64,000 bases of DNA. It comes from Buchnera aphidicola (Nurudea yanoniella). Its GTDB lineage: Bacteria; Pseudomonadota; Gammaproteobacteria; Enterobacterales; Enterobacteriaceae. The stretch spans positions 290,239 through 354,238 of the forward strand of contig CP140036.1 in the NCBI GenBank assembly GCA_039829995.1, given 5' to 3'. A program made the position numbers and the translations under genes. Of the stretch, positions 22,322 through 33,214 are shown piece after piece. Under the pieces are notes generated by a model. It saw nothing but the letters and a program-made list of their open reading frames with translations, did not search any database and was not told the origin of the DNA. Position 1 is the stretch's first letter. The number at the start of each line of letters is the position of its first letter.

Positions 22322-22480
22322 ATGCAGGTAATTAATCGAAGACTTAAAAACGTGCGTTATAAAAAACACAAACGAAAAATTCATCAACGTTTCCGAAATA
22401 ATATTTTTGAACGTGAAATAAAAAAAATATTTTTTAATACACAATATTTATTAAATAAAATAAAATCTGTTTTTATGTAA
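22322..22480 (+). pseudogene. cobB: 52-codon ORF, probable 5' relic of cobB (Sir2-family deacylase, long-isoform N-terminal extension)
   Basis: ATG with TAAGGT 7 nt upstream, too short for the ORF track. Translation is MQVINRRLKNVRYKKHKRKIHQRFRNNIFEREIKKIFFNTQYLLNKIKSVFM. G+C is about 30 percent in the first 80 nt, clearly above the flanking spacer. The position (downstream of lolE) is where E. coli has nagK-cobB. The sequence resembles the E. coli/Salmonella CobB-long N-terminus as I recall it (M.SRR.HRLSRFRKNKRRLRERLRQRIFFRDK). No room remains for a catalytic domain. Confidence 0.4.
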
Positions 22481-22605
22481 AAATATTACTGCATATTTTT
22501 TAAATAAATACAAATTTTTGATTTAAAAATTTTTAGAAAAATTTGATTTGTATTAAAATCAATTAAAAGATTTCGATTATTTTAAATAAACTCGTGTTTT
22601 CTTAA

Positions 22606-23631
<1,026 letters not shown>

Positions 23632-23664
23632 ACATTTTATAAGTATATTCTATACAATTTATAC

Positions 23665-23710
23665 AAATTTCATACTGACATTATAATCCTATAATGTCAG
23701 TATGAAATTT
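23665..23710. terminator. perfect 21-bp stem / 4-nt loop hairpin, probable bidirectional terminator between convergent gapA and fldA
   Basis: AAATTTCATACTGACATTATA-atcc-TATAATGTCAGTATGAAATTT. The arms are exact reverse complements, and the AAATTT/AAATTT stem bases give a U-run in both transcription directions. Confidence 0.7.
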
Positions 23711-23761
23711 CTATAAATTTAATATTTTAAAGAATTTTAAACATTTAAACTATATACAATT

Positions 23762-24277
23762 TTATTTTATGTGAATTTCCTTTTTTAACTGTTGAATCCA
23801 TATATTTATTCTTTTTTCACTTTTTTCTGGCTGTCGATCTTCATCAATAACTAATCCTAAAAATTGTGTTTTATTATACAAAGCTTTAGAACTATCAAAA
23901 GAATAACCTTTAGTAGGCCATTTTCCAATGAAATTTACATGTAATTTTTTTATAATGTTAAATAATATTCCAATACCATCACAAAAATATTCAGAATAAT
24001 CTTCTTGATCTCCACAACCAAAAAAAGCCACAGTTTTGTTAAAAAAATTTACCTTTCTTAAAGTTGAAGAAAAATCATCCCAGTCACATTGAAGTTCTCC
24101 ATAATACCAAGTCGATGTTCCTAGTATAATAATTTTATATTGTTCTATGTCTTCTTTTTTTGTATTAGAAATATCATGAATAACAGAAATATTGCTCCCA
24201 ATTTTTTTTTGAATGTATTTTGCAATATTTTCCGTATTTCCCGTATCACTTCCAAAAAAAATACCTATATCTTTCAT
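23762..24277 (-). CDS. fldA: flavodoxin 1
   Basis: The ORF-track start at 24301 is a TTG. The ATG at 24277 gives [22 protein letters not shown], matching E. coli [22 protein letters not shown]. Confidence 0.94.
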   Translation of the reverse strand: MKDIGIFFGSDTGNTENIAKYIQKKIGSNISVIHDISNTKKEDIEQYKIIILGTSTWYYGELQCDWDDFSSTLRKVNFFNKTVAFFGCGDQEDYSEYFCDGIGILFNIIKKLHVNFIGKWPTKGYSFDSSKALYNKTQFLGLVIDEDRQPEKSEKRINIWIQQLKKEIHIK

Positions 24278-24634
24278 TACACAAAATTCCCTTTTAAACA
24301 AAAATTTACATTATTCTTATATAATTTAAGTATATACTTAATGTTTTTAATATTTAAATATTTATTAATCAATTTTATTAAAATATCACAAACGTATTAC
24401 ATATAAATAATTGTTTTTTATGTAAATTCATAAATTATAGTTTAAATAAATATTTGAAATAATCTATTTTTATATTAGTAATAGTAATTCTATTTTGTTA
24501 ATATATAAAATAACTATAATTTTATAATCAATTATGACACATCATATAAAATTAAACATAAAATATTAAAATAACTAAAGTTTTATTTAATTATAAATTT
24601 AAAATATTTAAATAACCTCATTAAAAAAATAAAA

Positions 24635-26068
24635 ATGATTACAAATCTTGTATGGTTTCGCAATGATTTACGTATACGCGATAACTTAGCACTGTATTCT
24701 GCTTGCAAAAATGAAAAATCTATAATACTTGGTTTATTTGTTTTCGTTCCAGCGCAATGGAAATTTCATTCTATATCTTATAAAAAATCCAAATTTATAT
24801 ATAACAGTTTAGTTATTCTTAAAAAAGATCTAATGAAATTAAATATTTTTTTGTATTTTCACGAATCTACTACATTTCTACAATCAATTAAATATATTAC
24901 TGAATTTTGCAAAAAAAAAAAAATAGATAACTTATATTATAACTATGAATATGGATTTTTTGAAAAACAACGGGATATTTTAGTAGAAAAAAAACTTAAA
25001 AATTATAAAATATCTTCATATGGATTTCATAGTTCTACATTAATAACTCCCGGAACTATTAAAAATATAAAGGGGAATATGTATTCGAAATACAGTAATT
25101 TTAAAAAAAAATGTATTTTAATATTACTACAAAAAAAATTAGTGTCATTAACTATACTCAAAAGACAAAATACTATTATAGATACATCACATTTTCATAT
25201 TCCAATATTTAAATTTCCTTTTGAAAAATTTAATACACAGATTTTTCCGATAGGAGAACTAAAAGCAATCAAAAAACTTAAATTTTTTCTTAAAAGAAAA
25301 TTTAATGATTATGATATAAACCGTAATTATTTTTCTTTAAATAGTACTAGTATGCTTTCTGTTTATTTTTCTATTGGTATATTGTCTCCAATACGTTGTT
25401 TTTTAATTTTGCATAAATATTATTCCTATACAAAATATAAAAAGTTTGTTGAAAATTGTTCTTGGATTAACGAATTAATTTGGCGTGAATTTTTTAAACA
25501 TTTGTTATATTTTTATCCTAAATTGAGTAAACAACAAGTGTTATGCGATTGGGAAAAAAATATAAAATGGGAAAAAAACAAAAAAAATTTAAATGCATGG
25601 AAAAAAGGAGAAACAGGTTTTCCTATTATAGATTCTGCTATGAAACAATTAAATCAAATGGGATGGATGCATAATCGTTTAAGAATGATTACTTCTAGTT
25701 TTTTAGTTAAGAATTTATTAATAAATTGGAGGGAGGGAGAAAAATACTTTATGTCAAAATTAATAGACGGAGATACAGCATTAAACAACGGTGGATGGCA
25801 ATGGATTGCTTCAGTAGGGTTGAATAATATTCCATATTTTCGAATATTTAATCCTTTACTACAATCTAAAAAATTTGATAAAAATGGCACATTTATTAAA
25901 AAATATATTCCTGAATTAAAAAAATTATCTGCAATTGAAGTACACAATCCAAGTTTATGGAATAAAGAAACAAAAAAAATAGTTAAATATCCAAAAAAAA
26001 TAGTGAGTTTTTCTGAAACAAAAAAAATAGCATTAAAAATATTTAAATTTGCAAAATGTAAATTATAA
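24635..26068 (+). CDS. phrB: deoxyribodipyrimidine photolyase
   Basis: 477 aa. MITNLVWFRNDLRIRDN aligns with E. coli MTTHLVWFRQDLRLHDN. FAD-domain motifs WREFF, GWMHNRLRM and NNGGWQW are intact. Confidence 0.94.
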   Translation: MITNLVWFRNDLRIRDNLALYSACKNEKSIILGLFVFVPAQWKFHSISYKKSKFIYNSLVILKKDLMKLNIFLYFHESTTFLQSIKYITEFCKKKKIDNLYYNYEYGFFEKQRDILVEKKLKNYKISSYGFHSSTLITPGTIKNIKGNMYSKYSNFKKKCILILLQKKLVSLTILKRQNTIIDTSHFHIPIFKFPFEKFNTQIFPIGELKAIKKLKFFLKRKFNDYDINRNYFSLNSTSMLSVYFSIGILSPIRCFLILHKYYSYTKYKKFVENCSWINELIWREFFKHLLYFYPKLSKQQVLCDWEKNIKWEKNKKNLNAWKKGETGFPIIDSAMKQLNQMGWMHNRLRMITSSFLVKNLLINWREGEKYFMSKLIDGDTALNNGGWQWIASVGLNNIPYFRIFNPLLQSKKFDKNGTFIKKYIPELKKLSAIEVHNPSLWNKETKKIVKYPKKIVSFSETKKIALKIFKFAKCKL

Positions 26069-26084
26069 TTTTAAATAAAATATC

Positions 26085-26828
26085 ATGAACAACATAAAGT
26101 TAGAAACCATAATAAATAAAAAACTAAATTCCTTTTTGTATAAAGATTGTATCCCAAATGGATTGCAAATAGAAGGTACTGAAGAAGTTAAAAAAATTGT
26201 AACTGGAGTGACAGCATGTCAAGAACTATTAGATATTGCAGTAAAAGAAAAAGCTCAAGCCGTTATAGTACATCATGGATATTTTTGGAATAAAAACGAA
26301 AGAACTATAAAAGGAATACATAGAGATAGAATAAAAACGATACTTAAAAATGACATAAATTTATATTGTTGGCATTTACCTTTAGACTTCCATTCCACAT
26401 TAGGAAATAATATTCAAATAGGAAAAATTTTAAATGTTGAATTAAAAGGATATATATCCCCATTAGTTCCATGGGGAATGTTAAAAAGAAAAGTGACTGA
26501 ACATGAAATGATTAATATCATCACAAAAAAATTTAATAGAATTCCTTTTCATTATAAAGTTAATGCAACACAATTTATTTATAAAATTGCATGGTGTAGT
26601 GGAAAAGGACAAGGTTTTATAGATGTTGTTTCTCAATTTGGAGTAGATGCATTCTTAACTGGAGAAGTTTCAGAAGAAACTATTCATGTTGTTAAAGAGA
26701 AAAATTTTCATTTTTTTTCTATTGGTCATCATGCTAGTGAATGTGGGGGAATGATAGCTTTAACTAATTGGATAAAAAATAAAACAAATTTAGACGCTAT
26801 ATTTTTTGATATTCATAATCCAATATAA
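26085..26828 (+). CDS. ybgI: Nif3-family dinuclear-metal protein YbgI
   Basis: 247 aa, the same length as E. coli YbgI. LETIINKKLNS...PNGLQIEG aligns with LEQLINEKLNS...PNGLQVEG. Confidence 0.9.
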   Translation: MNNIKLETIINKKLNSFLYKDCIPNGLQIEGTEEVKKIVTGVTACQELLDIAVKEKAQAVIVHHGYFWNKNERTIKGIHRDRIKTILKNDINLYCWHLPLDFHSTLGNNIQIGKILNVELKGYISPLVPWGMLKRKVTEHEMINIITKKFNRIPFHYKVNATQFIYKIAWCSGKGQGFIDVVSQFGVDAFLTGEVSEETIHVVKEKNFHFFSIGHHASECGGMIALTNWIKNKTNLDAIFFDIHNPI

Positions 26829-26981
26829 TTGCATTTCTAATGTTTAAACTATAATTAAAAACCTGAGATATTAATTCTTTTAAATAAGGTTTTTAAAAAC
26901 TTAGCTTTTACTTTTAAATAAACAATTATTCAGAAAAATTAAATATCATCTTTAACAACGTTATTTATACTAAGGAAAATT

Positions 26982-29735
26982 ATGAAAAAAGATGAATTTA
27001 AAGGAAAATTACAGTATCCATTTTTAATAAATGCTAACGTGCATTATTTAGAAAATATATATAAAAAATTTTTAAATAATCCTCAATCTATAGAAAAATC
27101 TTGGCGTGCTTTTTTTTTAGAATTTGTTAAAAAATTAGATCTTGAAGTACCAATAAAAAAAAATAATAAAGAAAATTTTTATATCGAAGAAAATATTAGA
27201 CATATAGCATATACTATTATTAATACTTTCCGAAAATATGGACATAAATTTTCAAATTTAGATCCATTAAATTTGAACAAAAAAAAATTTTTTCCACCTT
27301 TAAATAATTTTTTAAAAAAAGGATGTTTTAACATCTCTAGAATCAAGTTTTCTATAAAATTATCTAAATTTTCATATAATACTATCACTTTAAAACAATT
27401 ATATTCTACATTATATAAAATATACTGTAATAGTATAGGGTATGAATATATGCATATTGATTGTGAAAATGAAAAAATATGGATACAAAATTATATCGAA
27501 CGTGATTTTAAAAAACATATTTTTGTGGACAAGGAAAAAAAAAACTTATTAAAAAATTTGATTTCAGCAGAAACATTAGAAAAATATTTTTCCATTAAAT
27601 TTCCAGGTTCAAAACGATTTTCTTTAGAAGGATCAGAATCGTTAATACCTATGTTACATGAAATAATTAATTACGTTTATCAATTCAATGTTAATAGAAT
27701 AATATTAGGTATGGCTCATCGCGGAAGATTAAATGTACTAACTAATGTTTTAAATAAACCTATTAAAGAAATATTTAATGAATTTTCTGATATGGATATA
27801 ACAAAATATCTTAAAAATGGAGATGTAAAATACCATATGGGTTTTAAAGAACGCAAAACTACTGCATGTGGATCTATTAATTTAGATCTGAAATTTAATC
27901 CATCACATTTAGAAATTGTTAATCCAGTAGTTCTTGGTTCTGCTCGAGCATATCAAGATATTACAAATACAAATAGTGTCCTGGCTTTGATATTACATGG
28001 AGACGCATCTATTTCAGGACAAGGAGTAGTACAAGAAACATTAAATATGTCTCGTGTTAATGGTTATACAGTGTATGGAAGTCTGCACATAGTAATTAAT
28101 AATCAAATAGGTTTTACTACATCTGATACCAAAGATTTAAGAAGTAGCAGATATTGTACTGATGTTGCTAAAATGATCTCATCTCCTATATTTCATGTAA
28201 ATGCAGATGATCCAGAAGCAACATTATTTGTAGTACGTTTAGCCCTAGACTATAAAAATCGTTTTAAGAAAGATGTATTCATAGATCTTGTTTGTTATAG
28301 ACGACATGGCCATAATGAAATAGATGATCCTTTTATAACACAACCTATCATGTATTCAAAAATTGAAAATCATCCTACTCTGTGTAATATTTACAATTTA
28401 CAATTGATAAATAAAAATGTAATTAATCAAAATTATTTAAATATTAATATCAAAAAATATAAGAAAAAATTAGATGATCAATATTTAGAATTTGTTCAAA
28501 AGAAATGTATACCAAAGAAAAATCGTTTTTTAAAAAATGCTACTTTTTCTAAAATATGTATAAAAAATGATCAGCATATTTCAGAAATATCTTTAAAAAA
28601 TTTAGCAAAAAAAATTAATGTTATTCCTTCTAATATTTCTATGCATGATAGAGTCTTTAAAATATATAATGAAAGACTAAAAATGGCTGATGGATATAAA
28701 CACTTAGATTGGGGTGCAGCAGAAATATTAGCATATGCTTCTTTATTGAATCAAGGAATTTCTTGCAGACTTTCGGGGGAAGACGTAGGTAGAGGTACTT
28801 TTTCTCACAGACATGCTGTTATATATGATCAAAAGAATGGTTCTACATATATTCCATTACAAAACATACATCCTAGTCAAGGAAAATTTTATATTTGGAA
28901 TTCTGTATTATCAGAGGAAGCAGTATTAGCATTTGAATATGGATATTCTGTTAGCCAAAAAAATACATTGACTATTTGGGAAGCACAATTTGGCGATTTT
29001 GCAAATGGTGCACAAGTTGTTATTGACCAATTTATTTGTTCTGGAGAACAAAAATGGGGAATAAAATGTAATTTAATTATGTTATTACCTCATGGATATG
29101 AAGGCCAGGGACCAGAACATTCTTCATCTCGAATAGAAAGATATCTTCAACTTTCTTCTGAAAAAAATATACAAATTTGTATGCCAACTACTTCTCTGCA
29201 AATGTATCTATTATTAAGAAGACAAGCATTAAATATTCGTAAAAAACCTTTAATCATTATGACTCCGAAATCTCTATTACGTTATTCATTATCTTTTTCA
29301 TCTTTAAAAGAATTTTCAAATAATACTTTTCAAAAAGTAATTAACGAAATTGATAGCACAAATTTAAAAGTTGTAAAAAGAATAATTTTATGTTCTGGAA
29401 AAATATATTATGATTTATTAAATCAAAAACGTGAAAATCAACAAAGTAACATCGCTATCATACGAATAGAACAATTATATCCATTTCCTGAAAATATTTT
29501 ACTAAAAATACTAAAATTGTATGTGCATAGTACTGATATTATATGGTGTCAAGAAGAACCTGCTAACCAAGGTGCATGGATATACATTCAAAATCATCTC
29601 ATACAGATTTTACCTAAAAAATTTTCCTTAAGCTATGTAGGACGTCGTGCGTCTTCGTCTACGGCTACTGGATATATTAATATTCATAAAAAACAACAAA
29701 GCAAATTAATTTATGAAGCATTAAATATAAATTAA
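26982..29735 (+). CDS. sucA: 2-oxoglutarate dehydrogenase E1 component
   Basis: 917 aa with GMAHRGRLNVL, LHGDASISGQGVV and CYRRHGHNEIDDP. Collinear with E. coli SucA. Confidence 0.97.
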   Translation: MKKDEFKGKLQYPFLINANVHYLENIYKKFLNNPQSIEKSWRAFFLEFVKKLDLEVPIKKNNKENFYIEENIRHIAYTIINTFRKYGHKFSNLDPLNLNKKKFFPPLNNFLKKGCFNISRIKFSIKLSKFSYNTITLKQLYSTLYKIYCNSIGYEYMHIDCENEKIWIQNYIERDFKKHIFVDKEKKNLLKNLISAETLEKYFSIKFPGSKRFSLEGSESLIPMLHEIINYVYQFNVNRIILGMAHRGRLNVLTNVLNKPIKEIFNEFSDMDITKYLKNGDVKYHMGFKERKTTACGSINLDLKFNPSHLEIVNPVVLGSARAYQDITNTNSVLALILHGDASISGQGVVQETLNMSRVNGYTVYGSLHIVINNQIGFTTSDTKDLRSSRYCTDVAKMISSPIFHVNADDPEATLFVVRLALDYKNRFKKDVFIDLVCYRRHGHNEIDDPFITQPIMYSKIENHPTLCNIYNLQLINKNVINQNYLNINIKKYKKKLDDQYLEFVQKKCIPKKNRFLKNATFSKICIKNDQHISEISLKNLAKKINVIPSNISMHDRVFKIYNERLKMADGYKHLDWGAAEILAYASLLNQGISCRLSGEDVGRGTFSHRHAVIYDQKNGSTYIPLQNIHPSQGKFYIWNSVLSEEAVLAFEYGYSVSQKNTLTIWEAQFGDFANGAQVVIDQFICSGEQKWGIKCNLIMLLPHGYEGQGPEHSSSRIERYLQLSSEKNIQICMPTTSLQMYLLLRRQALNIRKKPLIIMTPKSLLRYSLSFSSLKEFSNNTFQKVINEIDSTNLKVVKRIILCSGKIYYDLLNQKRENQQSNIAIIRIEQLYPFPENILLKILKLYVHSTDIIWCQEEPANQGAWIYIQNHLIQILPKKFSLSYVGRRASSSTATGYINIHKKQQSKLIYEALNIN

Positions 29736-29751
29736 AATAAAGAGATAATAC

Positions 29752-30957
29752 ATGAATACAGCTAATATTCTCGTTCCTAATCTTCCTGAATCAGTTACCG
29801 AAGCTACAATTGCAACCTGGCACAAAAAACCTGGAGACCATATAAAAGAAGGTGAAGTTTTAGTAGATATTGAAACTGATAAAGTAGTTTTAGAAATTCC
29901 ATCATTATTCGATGGACAATTAAAAAACATTATTTCAAGAAATGGAGAAAAAATTGTTTCAGGACAAATTATAGGAATATTAGTTAAGTCAAATTTAGAA
30001 ACTACTCATCTAACATCAAAAAATACCAATCAAGAGTTAGAAACAGAAAATAAAAAATTAGTTTCTTCTCACGAACGAATTAGTCCTATGATAAGAAGAT
30101 TAATATCTGAACATAATTTACAAAAAACTTATATACAAGGTACAGGGGAAAAAGGACGTATTACACGTGAAGATGTAATGATTCATGTAAATAGTAATCA
30201 AACAAATAATATACTTGATCATATAGATAAAAATAAATCTATAGAAAAATGTCATGATAAAAGAATTGAACGTGTTAAAATGACTACATTAAGAAAAAAA
30301 ATTTCTGAGAAATTATTAGAAACAAAACATAATTCAGCTTCTTTAACTACATTTAATGAAGTTAATATGACACAAATTTTGAAATTAAGAAAAAAATATG
30401 GTGAACTGTTTGAAAAAAAATATAAAATTAAATTAGGTTTAATGTCTTTTTATATAAAAGCAGTTATTGAAGCATTAAAAAGTTTTCCTAATCTTAATGC
30501 TTCAATTGAAAAAGATGATATTATTTATTATAAATACTTTAATATTAATATTGCTATTTCTACTCCTCGAGGATTAGTAGCACCTATTTTAAAAAATGTA
30601 GATTTAATGAGCATGTCTGATATTGAAAGAACCATTCGAGAATTAGCTATAAAAGGAAAAAATTCTAAACTTACTATAAATGATTTAAAAGAAGGCAATT
30701 TTACTATTACTAATGGCGGAGTTTTCGGTTCTCTATTTTCTACACCTATAATAAATCCACCTCAATCTGCTATTTTAGGAATACACGTTATTAAAGAAAG
30801 ACCCATGGTAGTAAACGGAAATATAAAAATACTTCCTATGATGTATTTAGCATTAACATATGATCACCGTTTGATAGATGGAAAAGAATCAGTAGGTTTT
30901 TTATTAAGAATAAAAGAACTATTAGAAGACTTTAATCGAATTTCATTGAGTATTTGA
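29752..30957 (+). CDS. sucB: 2-oxoglutarate dehydrogenase E2 dihydrolipoyllysine succinyltransferase
   Basis: 401 aa with the lipoyl motif [12 protein letters not shown] and catalytic [31 protein letters not shown] is nearly identical to E. coli. Confidence 0.97.
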   Translation: MNTANILVPNLPESVTEATIATWHKKPGDHIKEGEVLVDIETDKVVLEIPSLFDGQLKNIISRNGEKIVSGQIIGILVKSNLETTHLTSKNTNQELETENKKLVSSHERISPMIRRLISEHNLQKTYIQGTGEKGRITREDVMIHVNSNQTNNILDHIDKNKSIEKCHDKRIERVKMTTLRKKISEKLLETKHNSASLTTFNEVNMTQILKLRKKYGELFEKKYKIKLGLMSFYIKAVIEALKSFPNLNASIEKDDIIYYKYFNINIAISTPRGLVAPILKNVDLMSMSDIERTIRELAIKGKNSKLTINDLKEGNFTITNGGVFGSLFSTPIINPPQSAILGIHVIKERPMVVNGNIKILPMMYLALTYDHRLIDGKESVGFLLRIKELLEDFNRISLSI

Positions 30958-30993
30958 CATATAAATTAAATTTTAAAAATAAATCTAAAATTT

Positions 30994-31021
30994 TTGGTGC
31001 TATGATAAATCTTAGCACCAA
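30994..31021. terminator. hairpin between convergent sucB and pal
   Basis: TTGGTGCTA-tgataaatct-TAGCACCAA forms a 9-bp perfect stem with 4 G-C pairs. It is preceded by a T-run on the plus strand. Confidence 0.55.
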
Positions 31022-31038
31022 TATATAAATTATTTCTA

Positions 31039-31533
31039 TTAATATACTATAACTGCGCGTCGATTTTTTGAATAAGCATCTTCTGTATCTCCGTTATCAA
31101 CTGGTTTATCTGCACCGTAAGATATTATAGAAATTTGCTTAGAAGATATACCTTTACTTTCTAAGTATATTTTTACTGCATTTGCACGACGTTTTCCTAA
31201 TTCAATATTATACTTATTTAAACCTCTTTTATCGGTATGACCTTCAATAATAATATTAACATCAGGATGATTGTGCAAAAATATAATAGTATTGTTTAAT
31301 ATTTTCGAAAATTTTGAGTTAACATTAAATTTATTTAAATCAAAATAAATAATGTTATCTTGTTTTAATACTTCTGATGGATCGGATAAATTAATATTTG
31401 CTTGGGAATGAGTAGATTGGTGATTTTTATCAGGAATTGCTTCATTAAGTTTATTTTTTTGAAAGCTGCACGAGAACATTATCATTGCTGGTACAACACA
31501 AGTTATAATTTTTAAAATTTTATTTAATTTCAT
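31039..31533 (-). CDS. pal: peptidoglycan-associated lipoprotein Pal
   Basis: 164 aa with a signal peptide ending in FSC (lipobox-like). The OmpA-like domain NIIYFDLNKFNV...IIIEGHTDKRGLNKYNIELGKRRANAVKIYL...YSKNRRAVIVY is collinear with E. coli Pal. Confidence 0.93.
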   Translation of the reverse strand: MKLNKILKIITCVVPAMIMFSCSFQKNKLNEAIPDKNHQSTHSQANINLSDPSEVLKQDNIIYFDLNKFNVNSKFSKILNNTIIFLHNHPDVNIIIEGHTDKRGLNKYNIELGKRRANAVKIYLESKGISSKQISIISYGADKPVDNGDTEDAYSKNRRAVIVY

Positions 31534-32355
31534 TCATAGTTCCTATGTTTCAATATATTTTTTGTAATTTTTGTATTTTATATAATTTAGGAGAAATTTT
31601 TACTAATGCAGTGTAAAACATCTAAGGAATTTAATATATATTTTATATTAATTTAAAGTGTATTTTAAATATTTATACAAAAATGTGTAAATAATTATGA
31701 AACTATAAATATATTTTATTTTTACTATATTGTATAGTAGCTATTTTAAAAAATAATTCCGTATAATATCTTATATACTTGTATATACATACAAAAAATT
31801 AAATTGTGTACAATAATAGTATAAATTAATGTTCGGTAAAAATTTGAATAATTAATTTATTTAAATAAACTATAATATTTTTAATTTTTTAAAAATTATT
31901 CTTAAAAAGCGAAAAATTCAATAATTTATATTTTCAACCAAGATAACGCAAAAATTGATTTAATCTGATAAATATTTATAAATCATAAAACAAAAAAATA
32001 TTTTAAACAACAAATATATAAATGTTTTCAATTATTAAATTTTAATTCGTAGTTTTAATTTAAAATTAAATAAATATTTGAATTTTTATAAATTAATTTT
32101 TTTAAAATTTATAAAAATATTTTAAAAAAATAAAAAATTTTTATATAAAATTTAACATTTATCTTTAATAGACTTAATTAATAATATAATATGTATACAC
32201 TATAATTCTTCAATTTACAATTAACTTTTATTTATCAAAAAATTAAGGGTTAAAAGTATATATAAAATATATTTATATTATACATAATTATAGTTATAAA
32301 ATATTGTAAAAAATAAAAATTTGTTTATCATATATAATTAAAAGGTTATAATATT

Positions 32356-33051
32356 ATGAAAATATATAAACTTATTTTAATGCGACATGGCGAAAGCCAA
32401 TGGAATCAATTAAATAGATTTACAGGATGGAAAGATATAGATTTATCAGAAACAGGTATTATTGAAGCGATAAAATGTGCTAAAATATTAAAATCAAATG
32501 GTTTTAGTTTCAACTATGCATATACTTCTATTTTAAAACGATCCATTCATACTCTCTGGACTATAATAAAATATTTGGATCAATCATGGATTCCAGTTAA
32601 AAAAACTTGGCGTTTAAATGAACGTCATTACGGTGCTTTGCAAGGATTAAATAAAGATGAAGTAATAAAAAAATATGGAAATGCTCAAGTACAACAATGG
32701 AGAAGAGGATTTCATGTTTATCCCCCAGAGGCAGATTTATCTGAAAGAAAAGTACTATCGTTAAATCCAAGATATTCCGATATGAGTTTAAATGACATTC
32801 CATTATCCGAGAGTTTACAAGCTACTTCTAAGAGAGTAATCCCTTTTTGGAAAAATGTTATTTTCCCTAATTTAAAAAAGAAAAAAAAAATAATTATAAC
32901 AGCACACGGAAATTCCCTTCGTGCATTAATTAAATATTTAGATAATATGAGTGATGAAGACATCATGCATTTAAATATAATAACTGGTGCACCTATAGTA
33001 TATGAATTTAATTATCAGTTTGAACCGATAAAATATTATTGTTTACAGTAA
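32356..33051 (+). CDS. gpmA: 2,3-bisphosphoglycerate-dependent phosphoglycerate mutase
   Basis: 231 aa with LMRHGESQWN (catalytic His) and TAHGNSLRAL. Confidence 0.96.
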   Translation: MKIYKLILMRHGESQWNQLNRFTGWKDIDLSETGIIEAIKCAKILKSNGFSFNYAYTSILKRSIHTLWTIIKYLDQSWIPVKKTWRLNERHYGALQGLNKDEVIKKYGNAQVQQWRRGFHVYPPEADLSERKVLSLNPRYSDMSLNDIPLSESLQATSKRVIPFWKNVIFPNLKKKKKIIITAHGNSLRALIKYLDNMSDEDIMHLNIITGAPIVYEFNYQFEPIKYYCLQ

Positions 33052-33214
33052 TTTATTAGCAATTTTAATATTTTTAAAAATATATGCATTGTTAAATTAT
33101 CTTCACTAAAGTTTTTTTAAACATCCCATTCATATATGGTAAAATTTCTAACTTTTTATGTTAATTTAAGTAACATACATATAAAATTTAATATTGATTA
33201 TTTTAGAGAATGAA

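Noticed and set aside
33160-33180. Sigma-70 promoter-like elements, for example an extended -10 TGgTAAAAT with TTAAAC 17 nt upstream ahead of pfkA, and TTGATA...TATAAT near 60024-60055.
   Set aside because: TATAAT-like and TTGACA-like hexamers occur everywhere in DNA this AT-rich. Without transcription-start data I cannot distinguish real promoters from background, so I did not report them as features.
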